This document shows, in pieces, positions 31,295-43,157 of a stretch of DNA of 64,000 nucleotides (positions within the stretch are counted from its first letter, which is position 1; each line of letters begins with the position of its first letter). Origin of the DNA: Ignavibacteria bacterium (GTDB lineage Bacteria; Bacteroidota; Ignavibacteria; Ch128b). The stretch is from contig JAOAHM010000062.1 of assembly GCA_026415235.1 (NCBI GenBank), forward strand, positions 32,788 to 96,787. The letters are read 5' to 3'. Under the pieces are notes generated by a model. That model was given only the letters and a program-made list of their open reading frames with translations, had not been told where the DNA came from and made no database searches. The position numbers and the translations under genes are program-made.

Positions 31295-32320
31295 ATGGGA
31301 TTATTTAACATTTTTTCGTCAGATATAGCAATTGATTTAGGTACAGCAAATACTCTGATTTACATCAGAGGAAAAGGAATTGTGCTGAATGAACCTTCAA
31401 TAGTTGCATTTGATAAAAACACAAAAAGAATTATTGCAGTTGGAAATCAAGCAAAAGAAATTCAAGGACGAGAACATCGAGATATCAGAGTGAGCCGTCC
31501 GTTAAGAGATGGAGTGATTGCAGATTTTGAAATTGCAGAAGGAATGCTAAGAACCTTTATCAGAATGAGTAAAGGTGGATTGTTACCAAGTCGAAGAATT
31601 GTTATTGCAGTTCCAACTGGAATCACAGAAGTTGAAAAACGAGCAGTGAGAGATTCAGCTGAACATGCTGGAGCGAAAGAAGTACATTTGATTGCTGAAC
31701 CTATGGCTGCAGCTATTGGTATTGGATGTGATGTTGAGTCTCCAGTTGGTAATATGATAATTGATATCGGTGGAGGTACAACTGAAATTGCTGTTATTGC
31801 ATTATCAGGAATAGTTACTGATGAATCGATTCGAATAGCAGGTGACGAGATGAATAATGCAATTCAACAATTCTTCAAAAAGAATTACAATATCTTGATT
31901 GGTGAAAGAACTGCAGAGATGATCAAAATTCAAGTTGGTTCGGCAATGCCTCTAAGAGAAGAAATCACAATTCAAGTCAAAGGACGAGATTTAGTTCAAG
32001 GTATTCCAACTTCAGTTGAAGTCAGTTCTGAAGAAATTCGTGAAGCATTACGTGAACCAGTTGATCAAATAGTTGAAGCAATTAAAGTAACTCTTGAGAA
32101 AACTCCACCTGAACTCAGTGCTGATATTTTGGATAGAGGGATTATGCTTACTGGTGGTGGTGCATTACTTAAAGGATTGGATGAAAGAATTAGATTGGAG
32201 ACAAATCTTCCTGTCCATGTTGCTGAAGATCCATTAACAGCAGTTGTGAGAGGCGTTGGAAAAGTTTTAGAGAATTTTGATAAGTACGAGAAAGTTTTAA
32301 TCCGAAGTAGAAGATATTGA
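31295..32320 (+). CDS. mreB: Rod-shape-determining actin homolog MreB
   Basis: DIAIDLGTANTLIY, DIGGGTTEIAVI and GIMLTGGGALLKGLD. Confidence 0.95.
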   Translation: MGLFNIFSSDIAIDLGTANTLIYIRGKGIVLNEPSIVAFDKNTKRIIAVGNQAKEIQGREHRDIRVSRPLRDGVIADFEIAEGMLRTFIRMSKGGLLPSRRIVIAVPTGITEVEKRAVRDSAEHAGAKEVHLIAEPMAAAIGIGCDVESPVGNMIIDIGGGTTEIAVIALSGIVTDESIRIAGDEMNNAIQQFFKKNYNILIGERTAEMIKIQVGSAMPLREEITIQVKGRDLVQGIPTSVEVSSEEIREALREPVDQIVEAIKVTLEKTPPELSADILDRGIMLTGGGALLKGLDERIRLETNLPVHVAEDPLTAVVRGVGKVLENFDKYEKVLIRSRRY

Positions 32321-32321
32321 A

Positions 32322-33143
32322 ATGTTATATTGGTTAATCAAGTTCATCAATAATTACAGGCAATATGTTATTCTTGCATTGTTAATTTTATTTTCTTTAT
32401 TCCTTCTGACATTGAATGATTCCAACAGAATCACAAACCTTAGAAAATTATCTTTCGTAGTTTATGGATTAATTGATTATCTGAAATCACCATTAGATGA
32501 TTTTTTCTACTACAAAAAAGAGAATGAAAGATTAAGAAGAGAGAATACCGAACTAACCAAAGAATTACTTGAATTAAAAAAATACGATATAGAAAGAGAT
32601 GAATTGTACAATCTTCTTAACTTCAAGAAAACTAATAGTGCAAGTTTCATAACTTCAAGAATCGTTTTAAAATCGGTTGATGTAGTTGGTACTAAGTTTG
32701 TTTTAGACAAAGGTGCGGAAGATGGTGTGCATGTAAATTCAATTGTTCTAACACCAAGTGGTTTAGTTGGTTATGTTTCCGATTTGTCTGACCACTATTC
32801 AATAGTTCATTCTATTGCAAATTACAATGTACGAATTAGTGTGATTAATCAACGCACTGGTGCGATTGGAATTTTAAGTTGGGATGGTGAAAAATTTAAA
32901 GTTTATAATGTGAACAAATCTTCTGATGTTAAAGAAGGTGATATTTTTACAACTTCACAATTCAGTTCTCAATTTCCTTCAGGAATTCCAGTTTTAAAAG
33001 TTACTTCCGCTTTCAGAGAAACTGAATTACTTTTTTATGATATCACAGGAACTCCAACTTCAGATTTAGTCAGAATTAATTATTGCATCATTATGAAACC
33101 AAATCAATTTAACGAAAAAATAAATTTTACATTTGAGAAATGA
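32322..33143 (+). CDS. mreC: Rod-shape-determining protein MreC
   Basis: Position after mreB, an N-terminal TM segment, a coiled-coil ENERLRRENTELTKELLELKK and beta-rich C-terminal domains. Confidence 0.8.
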   Translation: MLYWLIKFINNYRQYVILALLILFSLFLLTLNDSNRITNLRKLSFVVYGLIDYLKSPLDDFFYYKKENERLRRENTELTKELLELKKYDIERDELYNLLNFKKTNSASFITSRIVLKSVDVVGTKFVLDKGAEDGVHVNSIVLTPSGLVGYVSDLSDHYSIVHSIANYNVRISVINQRTGAIGILSWDGEKFKVYNVNKSSDVKEGDIFTTSQFSSQFPSGIPVLKVTSAFRETELLFYDITGTPTSDLVRINYCIIMKPNQFNEKINFTFEK

Positions 33144-33625
33144 GTAATCGTTACTTCTTGCCTGTTTTTGTTCTCTCTGTTCTTTTGATTTTACAACTTA
33201 CATTGGTTGAATTAATTTCATATGAGAATTTCAAACCTGATTTATTGCTAATAGGTTTAATCTACTACACATTAAAATTTGGTCAGATTGAAGGAATTGT
33301 TTCGGCTTTTGTATTTGGACTTTTGTTTGATTTATTAAGTAATGGAGTGATTGGTGCAAGTTCAATTTCAAAAGTTATTGCAACCTTCATTGCTGGATAT
33401 TTTGCTGATACAGAAAATAATCGAGTAGAAATTTCTACAAATCTATTTGCAATTATTTTCTTTGTTGCTTTGGTTGAAAGGATTACATACATTTTAGTAG
33501 CCGTCAATTTAGATTTCAAATCTTTGTTAATTGTTTTAGTACAATTTGGTTTAATACCAGCAGCTGTAACTTTGGTTTTCAGTTTATTTATTTTACTTAT
33601 GCCTCGTGAAACTGAGTTAAGGTGA
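33140..33625 (+). CDS. mreD: Rod-shape-determining protein MreD
   Basis: ATGA overlap with mreC. A small polytopic membrane protein in the canonical position. Confidence 0.7.
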   Translation: MSNRYFLPVFVLSVLLILQLTLVELISYENFKPDLLLIGLIYYTLKFGQIEGIVSAFVFGLLFDLLSNGVIGASSISKVIATFIAGYFADTENNRVEISTNLFAIIFFVALVERITYILVAVNLDFKSLLIVLVQFGLIPAAVTLVFSLFILLMPRETELR

Positions 33626-35412
33626 ATAAGATGAGAGAACTTTCTCCAAGATTAAGAACGACAATTATTTCTATCTTAAATGTAGCGATTTTTATTTCAC
33701 TTGGATTCAGACTTTATCAAATTCAAATTATTGAAACCGAGAAGTATCAAAAGACTTCAGAAAAAAATGCGATTAAAGAAAAAATAATCGAACCATATCG
33801 AGGAATTTTTTATGATAGAAATTGGAAAGTTTTAGTTGACAATGAGCCAGGTTTTACTCTTAGAATCACACCATACTATTTCGATACTTCACTTATTCCA
33901 ATAATTGAAAATTATTTTAAGTTAAAACCAGGTTATATTCGTTATCTACTTCGAGTAAATAAATCTTTCTCTCCATTCATTCCAATAAGAGTACAAAGAG
34001 GATTAACATTTGAGCAAATAAGTTGGTTAGAAGAGAACAAAGAATTTCTTCAAGGAGTTGATTATACCGTTGATATGCAAAGGTCATATCCATCTGGTGT
34101 AAGAGGTTCTCACTTGTTTGGATATTGTAAAGAAATTTCACGAAAGGAATTAGAACAGAAACGAGATTATTACATAATGGGCGATTTCATCGGTCATAAC
34201 GGTTTAGAAAAATATTATGAAGAATATTTAAGAGGAATAAAGGGGAAACAATTTGTTTATGTTGATGCAAAAGGTAGAGAAGTTGGTCCTGTTAATGAAG
34301 GTAAAAATGATATCAAACCTGTTTCTGGTTATAATGCACAACTAACTATTGATGCTGAATTACAAAAGTTAGCAGAAGAATTATTAGAAGGTAAAAGTGG
34401 AGCAATTGTAGCAATTGATCCTAACAATGGTGAAATCTTAACCTTTGTTAGCAAACCTGATTTTGACTTATCAAATTTTGCAAGTATGACTCCAGCTTCA
34501 GTTTGGCGTGAATTAAATTCAGATAAACGAGTACCTTTATTCAATAGAGCGACAATGTCAATTTATCCTCCTGGTTCTTGCTTTAAACCAGTCAATGGTA
34601 TCGCAGCTTTGAATGATGGTCTAATTGATGAGAAATATACCTATGGTTGTGGGGGAGGATTCTCGTTTGGTAATCATTTTTATAAATGTATGGGTACTCA
34701 TGGTGGAATTAATGTAGTCCATGCAATTGAAAAATCTTGCAACACATTCTTCTTCAGTTTAATACTTAAAAATGGATTTGAAAGATGGACAAAATATGGA
34801 AGAATGTTTGGATTTGGTCAAAAAACTGGAATTGATATTTATGAAGAAACCTCAGGCATTCTACCATCAGTTGAGTATTACAATAAAATTTATGGTGTTA
34901 ATCGTTGGACTAAAGGTTATATAGTTAGCTTAGGTGTTGGTCAAGGTGAGCTTGGAGTTACACCATTGCAAATGGCAGTCTATACTGCAACAATTGCGAA
35001 TGGTGGGACTTGGTATCGTCCTCATGCTGTAAGAAAGTTGTTTAATCCAGAAGCAAATCCAAAAGAAATTATCATCCCAATCGAAGGCAAAAAACTTCCA
35101 ATCAAAAGAGAAGCTATGGAATTGATAAGAACAGGTATGTACTTAGTTGTTAATGGAGCGGGAACAGCAACTCATGTTAGAATTCCAGGAATCAATGTAG
35201 CTGGTAAAACTGGAACAGCTCAAAATCCACATGGCAAAGACCATGCTTGGTTTATTGGCTTTGCACCTTTTGAAAATCCAAAGATTGCAATAGCAGTAAT
35301 TGTTGAAAATGCAGGATTTGGTGGTGCAGTAGCTGCACCTATTGCAAAACAATTAATCGAATTCTACTTAAAAGATGAAATTCAAAATAAAAAAGTTTTG
35401 GCTTCAAACTGA
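33622..35412 (+). CDS. mrdA: Penicillin-binding protein 2 (elongasome transpeptidase)
   Basis: SxxK (SCFK), SxN (SCN) and KTG (KTGTA). GTGA overlap with mreD. Confidence 0.9.
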   Translation: MNKMRELSPRLRTTIISILNVAIFISLGFRLYQIQIIETEKYQKTSEKNAIKEKIIEPYRGIFYDRNWKVLVDNEPGFTLRITPYYFDTSLIPIIENYFKLKPGYIRYLLRVNKSFSPFIPIRVQRGLTFEQISWLEENKEFLQGVDYTVDMQRSYPSGVRGSHLFGYCKEISRKELEQKRDYYIMGDFIGHNGLEKYYEEYLRGIKGKQFVYVDAKGREVGPVNEGKNDIKPVSGYNAQLTIDAELQKLAEELLEGKSGAIVAIDPNNGEILTFVSKPDFDLSNFASMTPASVWRELNSDKRVPLFNRATMSIYPPGSCFKPVNGIAALNDGLIDEKYTYGCGGGFSFGNHFYKCMGTHGGINVVHAIEKSCNTFFFSLILKNGFERWTKYGRMFGFGQKTGIDIYEETSGILPSVEYYNKIYGVNRWTKGYIVSLGVGQGELGVTPLQMAVYTATIANGGTWYRPHAVRKLFNPEANPKEIIIPIEGKKLPIKREAMELIRTGMYLVVNGAGTATHVRIPGINVAGKTGTAQNPHGKDHAWFIGFAPFENPKIAIAVIVENAGFGGAVAAPIAKQLIEFYLKDEIQNKKVLASN

Positions 35413-36652
35413 TTTAAAGTCTGAAAGCGTTGAGGGAAAAATAACAGATAAACTTGATGTTTATCTATTTGCTTCATCACTACTAATAGTGATAATAGGA
35501 CTTCTTTCGATTTATAGTTCTACATTAAATATCTCAACACTTCATGTTAATTTTTATAAGCAACTCACTTTTGCAATCATTGGTTTATTCGTTGGATTAA
35601 TTATCTATTACCTTCCATTAAAAATTTTCAACTTGGTTGCATTCCCATTTTACATTTTTTCGATTGTTCTTCTTGTGTTGGTTTTATTTTTAGGGAAAAA
35701 AGTTTCTGGAAATCAAGCTTGGATTAATATTGGTTTCTTTTCACTCCAACCATCAGAAATTTCAAAGTTTGCAGTGATATTAGCGTTATCTAATATTTAT
35801 GCACGAAGAAATTTTAATATCAACAGCGTCAAAGGTTTTTTAATAGTAACAAGTTTGGTTCTCTTACCAACTGCATTGATTGTTTTACAAAAAGATATTG
35901 GCACTGCTTTAGTTTTCTTTTCTATATTAATCTTTGGATTGTTTTGGAATGGACTTTCTGGTTTTTCAGTATTCGTATTAATTAGTCCTATCATCGTTGG
36001 TATTTCGTCAATCTTAGGAATAATTCCACTTATAATTTCATTGGTTTTTGTAATAGCAGGATTGTTTTATTTCAAGAGAGAATTGTTTCTATCAATTGGG
36101 ATATTAGCACTTAATATTTCAGCAGCAGTTTTAGTTGAATTATCATTTCATATCCTTTCACCGCATCAGATTAATCGGATAAAAAATTTTCTCGACCCAA
36201 ACTTTGACCCACTTGGGAGCGGATATAACGCACTTCAAGCAAAAGTTGCAATTGGCTCTGGTGGATTATTTGGTAAAGGATTTCTTGCTGGAAGTCAAAC
36301 TCAATTAAAATTTATTCCTGCTCAATGGACAGATTTTATTTTTTGTGTAGTTGGTGAGGAATTTGGATTTGTTGGGGCAATTTTTGTTCTGTTGTTGTAC
36401 TTCATTGTGATTTCAAGATTACTTTACATTGCCAAGTCTACAGACTCAATCTTTCGAAGCAGCGTAGTAATTATGACAGTTTCCGTTTTATTAACACATA
36501 TTTTTATCAATGTTGGGATGACAATTGGTTTAGTTCCAGTAATAGGTATTCCTTTACCACTTATGAGTTATGGTGGAAGTGCTCTCGTGACTAATATGAG
36601 CATGATTGCAACTGCCTTAAACTTTTATCGTCATCGAACTTCTTTAGCTTGA
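35375..36652 (+). CDS. rodA: SEDS-family peptidoglycan polymerase RodA
   Basis: [25 protein letters not shown] and PLMSYGGSA. The ATG overlaps mrdA by 38 nt, and there is no alternative start in frame. Confidence 0.9.
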   Translation: MKFKIKKFWLQTDLKSESVEGKITDKLDVYLFASSLLIVIIGLLSIYSSTLNISTLHVNFYKQLTFAIIGLFVGLIIYYLPLKIFNLVAFPFYIFSIVLLVLVLFLGKKVSGNQAWINIGFFSLQPSEISKFAVILALSNIYARRNFNINSVKGFLIVTSLVLLPTALIVLQKDIGTALVFFSILIFGLFWNGLSGFSVFVLISPIIVGISSILGIIPLIISLVFVIAGLFYFKRELFLSIGILALNISAAVLVELSFHILSPHQINRIKNFLDPNFDPLGSGYNALQAKVAIGSGGLFGKGFLAGSQTQLKFIPAQWTDFIFCVVGEEFGFVGAIFVLLLYFIVISRLLYIAKSTDSIFRSSVVIMTVSVLLTHIFINVGMTIGLVPVIGIPLPLMSYGGSALVTNMSMIATALNFYRHRTSLA

Positions 36653-36672
36653 AGAATTTTTAATGAATTCTT

Positions 36673-36680
36673 TAATTTTG
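36673..36680 (+). promoter_or_regulatory. Candidate TAnnTTTG -7 promoter element upstream of cassette 2
   Basis: TAATTTTG lies 38 nt upstream of ATG 36719, in the 66-nt gap after rodA. Confidence 0.25.
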
Positions 36681-36718
36681 AAAAAATTTTATTTCAAAAA
36701 CTTCATAGTGAGGTAGAG

Positions 36719-39562
36719 ATGCTAAACAAATACTTCTTTTCCTTCCTTACATTAGTTCTAATGGTATCCTATTTAATTGCAGGGAATACTGGCAAAATTG
36801 CTGGTAAAGTAATTGATAAAGAAACAAAAGAACCGATTCCATTTGCTAATGTAATCGTTGAAGGAACTCAACTTGGTGCTGCTACAAATCTTAATGGGGA
36901 GTTTGTTATTCTAAATGTTCCACCAGGAGTTTACACAGTAACAGCATCAGTTGTTGGTTATCAGAAAAAATCAATTACTGATGTTCGAGTTAATGTTGAT
37001 TTTACAACAAGACTCGAATTTCAATTAACTCAAGGCTCTATTGACTTACCACCTGTTATTGTTCAAGGTGAGAGAAATCCTTTAATCCGACAAGACCTCA
37101 CAAATCCTGTAGCTTCAATTACAAGTGATAAGATTGACGAATTGCCAGTGGATCAAATTGCCGATGTAATTAAGCTCCAAGCTGGTGTTGTTGTAGGTAA
37201 TGATGGTGATATTCATATCCGTGGTGGATATGGAAATGAAATCGCTTACACATTAAATGGAATTACATTAAATGACCCTTACGGTAACCGTAGGTCTGTT
37301 GGACTTGCAACAAATGCAGTTCAAGAAGTTTCTGTTTCAAGTGGAACTTTTAGTGCTGAATATGGAAATGCTCTTAGTGGTGTAGTTAATTATGTAACCA
37401 AAGAAGGTCCATCGAAATATACTGGAAGTATTAAAGCATATTCTGGTGATTATCTCACAAGTAGAAAAGATTTGTTTGAGAATATTGATGAGGTAAATCC
37501 ATTAAACAGAGCGAGAACTGAGTTTACATTTGGCGGACCTTTGCCTTTATTGTTTAGCAAAAGTGTTAACTTTTTCATTTCATCTGTTTATGAAGACTTC
37601 AAAGGTTCACTTTATGGAAAAAGAATTTATCGTCCTACTGATTCTTACTTAGAACGAAATAACTTCCGCTCTGGTGACCCAAGAAGTGGTAAATCTACTG
37701 ATCCATATTTCTTCAATCCTTACTCGAAAGATAGCTCTGGATTACCCACTGGTGATGGTGCGTGGGTTCCAATGAATTGGTCAAGGTCTTTCAATTTTCA
37801 AGGTAACTTGATTATAAAACCGCTTCCAACCATCAAATTCAAATATGAATATGTTTATGAAAAAGGTTCATCACAAGATTATGACAGGTCATACAAGTAT
37901 AATCCTGACGGAAGACCTACGAACTATTCTAATGGTTATATTCATGCATTTGATTGGACACATACAGTTTCAAACAACTTATTCTACACATTGAAGATGT
38001 CCTATTCGGATAATTATGCAAAAACATATTTGTATGAAAATCCTTTTGATGAAAGATATCTACCTTCCCTTTATGCAAGGTCATTGGGTAATACAACATT
38101 CTTGACTGGAGGAACAGATAACTCAAGATTTTACAGAAGAACACAAACCTTAGGTGTGAAAGGTGACTTAGTTGCACAATTGTTTGATGTTCATGAAATT
38201 AAAATGGGATTTGAAATTCGTAAACATAGATTGAATGTAGAAAGTTACACCGTTCAAGTTGGTTATATTAATCAACAAGGTTTATTTACAACATTAACTC
38301 CAGCAACTTTACTTTATGACTCAGTTCAATTAGTAAGAAGAATTCCAAACGACACTTCTCTTTATACAAGTTATGAGCGATTACCTTTACAAGCAGCTGC
38401 TTACATTCAAGATAAAATTGAGTTAGCTTCTTCAATGATTTTAAATGTTGGTGTACGATATGAGTTTTTCAATCCAGCTGCTCAATACAATCCTTTTGTT
38501 AGCAAAGATTTGAGTGAATTAAAAGCAGGTTCAATTACAAAAAGCGCAGTTGATGCAAAACCAAAGCATAGATTGAGTCCAAGAGTTAGTGTCTCTTACC
38601 CAATTACCGATAGAGGTGTAATTAGATTTTCCTACGGACATTTTTATCAGATACCATCGTTGGCAAGCCTTTATCGAAATCCATTCTATTATGTTGCGAA
38701 CTTTGGAGAGAATCCAACTTTTGGAAATCCAAATGTAGAACCACAAAAAAGCGTTCAGTATGAGTTAGGATTACAACAACTTTTATTGGATGATTTGAAA
38801 CTCGAAGTGACAGGATTTTATAAAGATGTAAGTAATTACATTTATACTCAACAGATTTTCACAAATGAAGGGCGAGCATTTTATCTTTTAACAAATCTTG
38901 CGTATTCGAGTAGTAAGGGAATAACAGTCTCGCTACTTAAGCGCAGGTCACCACAAGATTTCTTCTCTGCATCTTTAGATTATACTTTTTCACTTGCTGA
39001 AGGTAATAGAACCTATCCAGCCGATGAAATTTTCTTTAGCGAAAAAAGTGGAAAACAAAGTGAAACATATCTTGTACCATTTAGCTTTGATAGAAGTCAT
39101 GTGATTAATGCAACATTAACATTTACAAAACCAAACAATTGGATTGCATCTTTTGTCGGTTATTTCCAGACAGGTACACCATACACACCAGTTTTTCCTT
39201 CGAACATAGTTGACATTACTTTTGAACAGAACTCTGCTCGTCAACCAATTCAATGGAATGTTGATTTTAAGTTCGAAAAATTCTTTATGCTCGGAAATTT
39301 GAAATTGTCTTTATTCGCTCAAATAGAAAATTTGTTTGATACTCAAAACGAACTTTATGTGTATGCTTCAACAGGAAGAGCGTTAAGTGCAATTGAAGAA
39401 AAAGATATTTCAATTGTGTTCTCCGATATGTTACGAAGAATTAATCGAGGTGATGCTGGATTAATTCCAAAGAAGGAAATCGAGCGCTATTACTCACTTC
39501 GACCTGAAAGGGTCAATAGACCAAGAGAAGTCCGATTAGGATTTCAAATAATTTTTAACTGA
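36719..39562 (+). CDS. TonB-dependent-receptor-like outer-membrane protein with N-terminal carboxypeptidase-regulatory-like domain (cassette 2, gene A)
   Basis: Signal peptide. The block GKIAGKVIDKETKEPIPFANVIVEGTQLGAATNLNGEFVILNVPPGVYTVTASVVGY is CarboxypepD_reg-like. Plug-like block IHIRGGYGNEIAYTLNGITLNDPY and a long barrel follow. The C-terminus is ...PREVRLGFQIIFN. Confidence 0.85.
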   Translation: MLNKYFFSFLTLVLMVSYLIAGNTGKIAGKVIDKETKEPIPFANVIVEGTQLGAATNLNGEFVILNVPPGVYTVTASVVGYQKKSITDVRVNVDFTTRLEFQLTQGSIDLPPVIVQGERNPLIRQDLTNPVASITSDKIDELPVDQIADVIKLQAGVVVGNDGDIHIRGGYGNEIAYTLNGITLNDPYGNRRSVGLATNAVQEVSVSSGTFSAEYGNALSGVVNYVTKEGPSKYTGSIKAYSGDYLTSRKDLFENIDEVNPLNRARTEFTFGGPLPLLFSKSVNFFISSVYEDFKGSLYGKRIYRPTDSYLERNNFRSGDPRSGKSTDPYFFNPYSKDSSGLPTGDGAWVPMNWSRSFNFQGNLIIKPLPTIKFKYEYVYEKGSSQDYDRSYKYNPDGRPTNYSNGYIHAFDWTHTVSNNLFYTLKMSYSDNYAKTYLYENPFDERYLPSLYARSLGNTTFLTGGTDNSRFYRRTQTLGVKGDLVAQLFDVHEIKMGFEIRKHRLNVESYTVQVGYINQQGLFTTLTPATLLYDSVQLVRRIPNDTSLYTSYERLPLQAAAYIQDKIELASSMILNVGVRYEFFNPAAQYNPFVSKDLSELKAGSITKSAVDAKPKHRLSPRVSVSYPITDRGVIRFSYGHFYQIPSLASLYRNPFYYVANFGENPTFGNPNVEPQKSVQYELGLQQLLLDDLKLEVTGFYKDVSNYIYTQQIFTNEGRAFYLLTNLAYSSSKGITVSLLKRRSPQDFFSASLDYTFSLAEGNRTYPADEIFFSEKSGKQSETYLVPFSFDRSHVINATLTFTKPNNWIASFVGYFQTGTPYTPVFPSNIVDITFEQNSARQPIQWNVDFKFEKFFMLGNLKLSLFAQIENLFDTQNELYVYASTGRALSAIEEKDISIVFSDMLRRINRGDAGLIPKKEIERYYSLRPERVNRPREVRLGFQIIFN

Positions 39563-39579
39563 ATTTCTTGAGGAGAAGA

Positions 39580-42500
39580 ATGATGAGAAAGAAAATTTTC
39601 ATTTCATTCATTCTGGTTCTAATTCTTGCAATCAATTTAATTGCACAGAAAAAAGATCAGTATGGAAATTACATCTTAAAAGAATTAACAGAAAAACAAG
39701 CCCTGGAACTTTTTGGAAAACCAGGTGAGCGATTAGCTAAAGCTCTTGGCAATCCTAAGATTATTAAAGAAAGTATAATTCAAGGAAATAAAGTAAAGAC
39801 CGTTCTCTTCAATTACGGCTCAATTTGTGCACCAAATTATCTTGGAAATATTGCAGACCTCGTGTGGAATGGATTGGGATACGGTTTCGAATTTGGTCCT
39901 CTTGCTGCAGCAGAAGTTGTTAACGATCGTGGCGATACACTACACATTGTTGATGATTCATTTATTAGAACTTTTCAAGGTGATTACAATCCAGCAGGAA
40001 CATTGAAATGGGGTTGGTTACCAAAAGATGGATATGTTGACCCAAATCAGAATGAAATTGCAAGACTAAATTCTCCCGATAAAAATGGTGATGGTAAACC
40101 AGATAGCTGGCCTGAAAACTGGTATAATCCAGGTGCTGGAAAATATCTCTGGCCTGCTTTCTTAGGTGATCAAGCAACTGCTCCTGATGAAGAAGTTTAT
40201 TTTGTGATTGATGATTTTACAAATGCTGAATTTCCATACTATCCATTTCCAAATGATTCTTCTAAACGTGGACTTGGACTTGACATGGAAGTTCGTGTGC
40301 TTCAATTTAACAATCCACTTGCTGAAGATATCATCTTCTTAGTCTATCAAACTACTAATGTAAGTCCAAAAACCTTACCGAGAGTTTATTTTGGTATGCA
40401 TGGTGACCCGCATGTTGGTGGACCAAGTAATTACAACGATGATAGAGCTTATTTTATTCCACCGTTAGGACCATTAGCTGATCCATATCCACAAAGAGCA
40501 CGAAGCATGGTTTATGCTTGGGATGATGATATGAAAGGTGATGGAGGTAAATGGTGCGGATACTTCGGTTGGAAATTTTTAGAAAGTCCAAGTCAACATA
40601 CAGATGTAAAAGATAACGATGATGATGGTATCACAGACGAAAGTCCATTCAACGATGCAGGTTTTTTCATTGATGGTGTTGTTTATCCACTAACTTATGG
40701 AATATCGAATTTAACAAAGTACACAGAAGTTTATGGTGCACCAAAGCCAAGATGGTCTGGTGACGAAGATGGCGATTGGGATCCTTCAATTCATGATATT
40801 GGAATTGATGGAATTGGTCCAGACTCTCCCAATTATCCTGGTCCTGATTATGGTGAAGGTGATGGCAAACCAACTCAAGCTTGGTACATCGATCTTAACA
40901 ACAACAATAAATATGATGTTGGAGAACCACTTTCAGAAACAAGATTACCAGGTTACAAATGGGCAGGCTCTGAACCACACTTTGGTTTAAGAGATATTTC
41001 AGAATCAGATCAACTTGGTTTAACAAGTTTCCACGCAGCAGTTTACACTAACTCACTTCCAAATGTCCCAATGAATGACGAGTTGATGTGGGAATGGTTA
41101 TCGAGTGAGACAATTGATCCTAATCAAGAATTACTTAATCAACCAGGTGACAATGTATTTAATTTTGGAACTGGACCATTCAAACTCGAACCTGGTGAAA
41201 CACAAAGATTTTCGATGTGTATTTTGTTTGGTGAAAATCTTAATGATTTGGTATTAAATGCAGAAATTTCTACTCGTATTCTTGAAGCAGATTATCGCTT
41301 TGCACAACCACCAGCAAAACCAATTGTTTATGCAGTTCCTGGTGATGGAAGAGTTACACTTTATTGGGATACAAGAGCAGAAAATTCAGTTGACCCATTG
41401 ACTTTAAGTAAAGATTTCCAAGGTTATAAAATTTATCGAAGTCAAGATCCTAAATTTTCTGATGTATTTAAGATAACAGATGGAAATGGTGTTCCTTATC
41501 TTGGTGTTCCTTTGTTTGACCCAAACACTGGTAAATATGCACAATTCGATTTAGTTGATTCGTTGAAAGGATTTCATCCAGTTGAGTATGCTGGTAGAGG
41601 TATAAAATATTGGATAGGTAATAATACTGGATTAGTTCATGAGTATGTGGATTCAACCGTTAAGAATGGAATAACTTATTACTATGCAGTAGTTTCCTAC
41701 GATGGTGGTTCATTAGTTCCAGGAAAAGAACTTCCTCCATCTGAATGTCCAATGGTTATTTCACAAGATCCAATCACTGGCGAATTAAAATTTGATGTTA
41801 ATACCGTAATGGTTGTACCTGGACCACGTGCAAAAGGTACATTAACTGATTTAAATAAAAATATTAATGTTGAACACCTTAATGGAATTGCAACTGGAAG
41901 AATTTTTGTTAAGACTTATGATAGCAAAGCTGTGAAAGATAACAATGTTTACATTGTTGAATTCACAACGAATACTAAGTTTAATGTTTTGAATGAAACA
42001 GGTGTAACCGATAAAATAATATCAAAAGATACTGTTCTCGTAAATCTTTCAAATCAGAATATCTTACCAGGAAGTGTTATTGTCAAAGACGAAGCTGGTA
42101 ATATTGTTCCATCAAATAAATACATAGTTAATACTATTTCAGGAAAAATCAGAAGTGCAAACTCTGGAGATTTACCTGCTGGAAAAGAATATTCTGTTTA
42201 TTACAAGTATTATCCTGTTTATCAAAGCAGCAACATAAAAGGTGAAGATACAAATCCAATTTTTGATGGAATGCGAATTTTCTTGTACAACGATACTCTT
42301 GGAATTGATCGGAAGAATTCTGGTTGGGCACCTGGAAAGAAAACGAATTTAAGAGATACAATTATTTGGGTACCAAGAACCGTTTCTCCTGCAAATCCAC
42401 ACCTACCAACCGACCTTGACTTTAAGATTGAATTTACAAGCATGGATACAACTTCTACAGGAAAATATTCTTCTCCTGGTGATACTGTTAATAACCAATC

Positions 42501-43140
42501 AAATCAAAGAACCGTTTGTCCATTTAGAATTACTATTGCAACTCAAGACTCAATGCTGGGCAGAAAAGCTGATTATATAATTTTTGAAGGAATTGCTGCA
42601 ACTCGAGGTAATGGTCGTTGGGATCCAGGTGAAGATATTATTTTCTTCCCAAGAGTAAGAGAAAGACTAAGAACTTCATATCAAATTACATTTTCTTTAC
42701 CTTCGGGCACATTCATCCCACCGCAAGGTGATGTTTATTATTTAAAGACGACAAAACCATTCAAAGCTGGAGAGAAATATTCTTTCAAGACAATTGGCGA
42801 AAAGTATGATAAAGAACTTGCTAAGAGTCAGCTTGAAAATATTTATGTAGTTCCAAATCCTTATGTCGCATATTCCGATGCTGAGCAACCAGCTCGTCAA
42901 CCAAATAGAAGAGGTGATAAGGTTATTCAGTTTAGAAATCTACCGAAAGAATGTACAATTAGAATTTATACTATTGCTGGTGAACTTGTTCAAACACTTT
43001 ATAAAAATGATGATGGTAGTATCATCAGTTGGGATTTATTAAGCTACGAAGGACAAAGAATTGCTTACGGTGTTTACATTTATCATGTTGATGCACCTGG
43101 AATAGGTGAGAAGATTGGTCGATTCGCAGTTATAAAATAA
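39580..43140 (+). CDS. Large secreted multidomain protein (cassette 2, gene B), paralog of 2560..6099
   Basis: GAGGAG RBS, with ATG at 39580 or 39583; the track uses TTG 39568. Signal peptide ...LILAINLIAQ. The blocks are collinear with the paralog: DKNGDGKPDSWP, VYFGMHGDPHVGG, DIGIDGIGPDSPNYPGPDYGEGDG, VTLYWDTRAEN...GYKIYRS...GITYYYAVVSYD, and the tail VVPNPYVA...CTIRIYTIAGELV...GVYIYHVDAPGIGEKIGRFAVIK. Confidence 0.75.
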   Translation: MMRKKIFISFILVLILAINLIAQKKDQYGNYILKELTEKQALELFGKPGERLAKALGNPKIIKESIIQGNKVKTVLFNYGSICAPNYLGNIADLVWNGLGYGFEFGPLAAAEVVNDRGDTLHIVDDSFIRTFQGDYNPAGTLKWGWLPKDGYVDPNQNEIARLNSPDKNGDGKPDSWPENWYNPGAGKYLWPAFLGDQATAPDEEVYFVIDDFTNAEFPYYPFPNDSSKRGLGLDMEVRVLQFNNPLAEDIIFLVYQTTNVSPKTLPRVYFGMHGDPHVGGPSNYNDDRAYFIPPLGPLADPYPQRARSMVYAWDDDMKGDGGKWCGYFGWKFLESPSQHTDVKDNDDDGITDESPFNDAGFFIDGVVYPLTYGISNLTKYTEVYGAPKPRWSGDEDGDWDPSIHDIGIDGIGPDSPNYPGPDYGEGDGKPTQAWYIDLNNNNKYDVGEPLSETRLPGYKWAGSEPHFGLRDISESDQLGLTSFHAAVYTNSLPNVPMNDELMWEWLSSETIDPNQELLNQPGDNVFNFGTGPFKLEPGETQRFSMCILFGENLNDLVLNAEISTRILEADYRFAQPPAKPIVYAVPGDGRVTLYWDTRAENSVDPLTLSKDFQGYKIYRSQDPKFSDVFKITDGNGVPYLGVPLFDPNTGKYAQFDLVDSLKGFHPVEYAGRGIKYWIGNNTGLVHEYVDSTVKNGITYYYAVVSYDGGSLVPGKELPPSECPMVISQDPITGELKFDVNTVMVVPGPRAKGTLTDLNKNINVEHLNGIATGRIFVKTYDSKAVKDNNVYIVEFTTNTKFNVLNETGVTDKIISKDTVLVNLSNQNILPGSVIVKDEAGNIVPSNKYIVNTISGKIRSANSGDLPAGKEYSVYYKYYPVYQSSNIKGEDTNPIFDGMRIFLYNDTLGIDRKNSGWAPGKKTNLRDTIIWVPRTVSPANPHLPTDLDFKIEFTSMDTTSTGKYSSPGDTVNNQSNQRTVCPFRITIATQDSMLGRKADYIIFEGIAATRGNGRWDPGEDIIFFPRVRERLRTSYQITFSLPSGTFIPPQGDVYYLKTTKPFKAGEKYSFKTIGEKYDKELAKSQLENIYVVPNPYVAYSDAEQPARQPNRRGDKVIQFRNLPKECTIRIYTIAGELVQTLYKNDDGSIISWDLLSYEGQRIAYGVYIYHVDAPGIGEKIGRFAVIK

Positions 43141-43157
43141 AATTATGGAGTTTGAAA

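Noticed and set aside
36653-36718. A short AT-only hairpin (AAGAATT...AATTCTT) after rodA as a terminator. A similar weak palindrome lies at 60708..60749 between the convergent BNR and HIT genes.
   Set aside because: The stems are 7 bp or less, entirely or mostly A/T, and lack a proper T-tract. That is not enough to call a terminator.
39965-42443. Several 60-85-aa ORFs on both strands inside the cassette 2 giant gene (for example 40667..40873, 40733..40990, 42222..42443).
   Set aside because: They are short, have biased composition and are fully nested in a long ORF that has strong paralog support. They are shadow or overlapping-frame artefacts.
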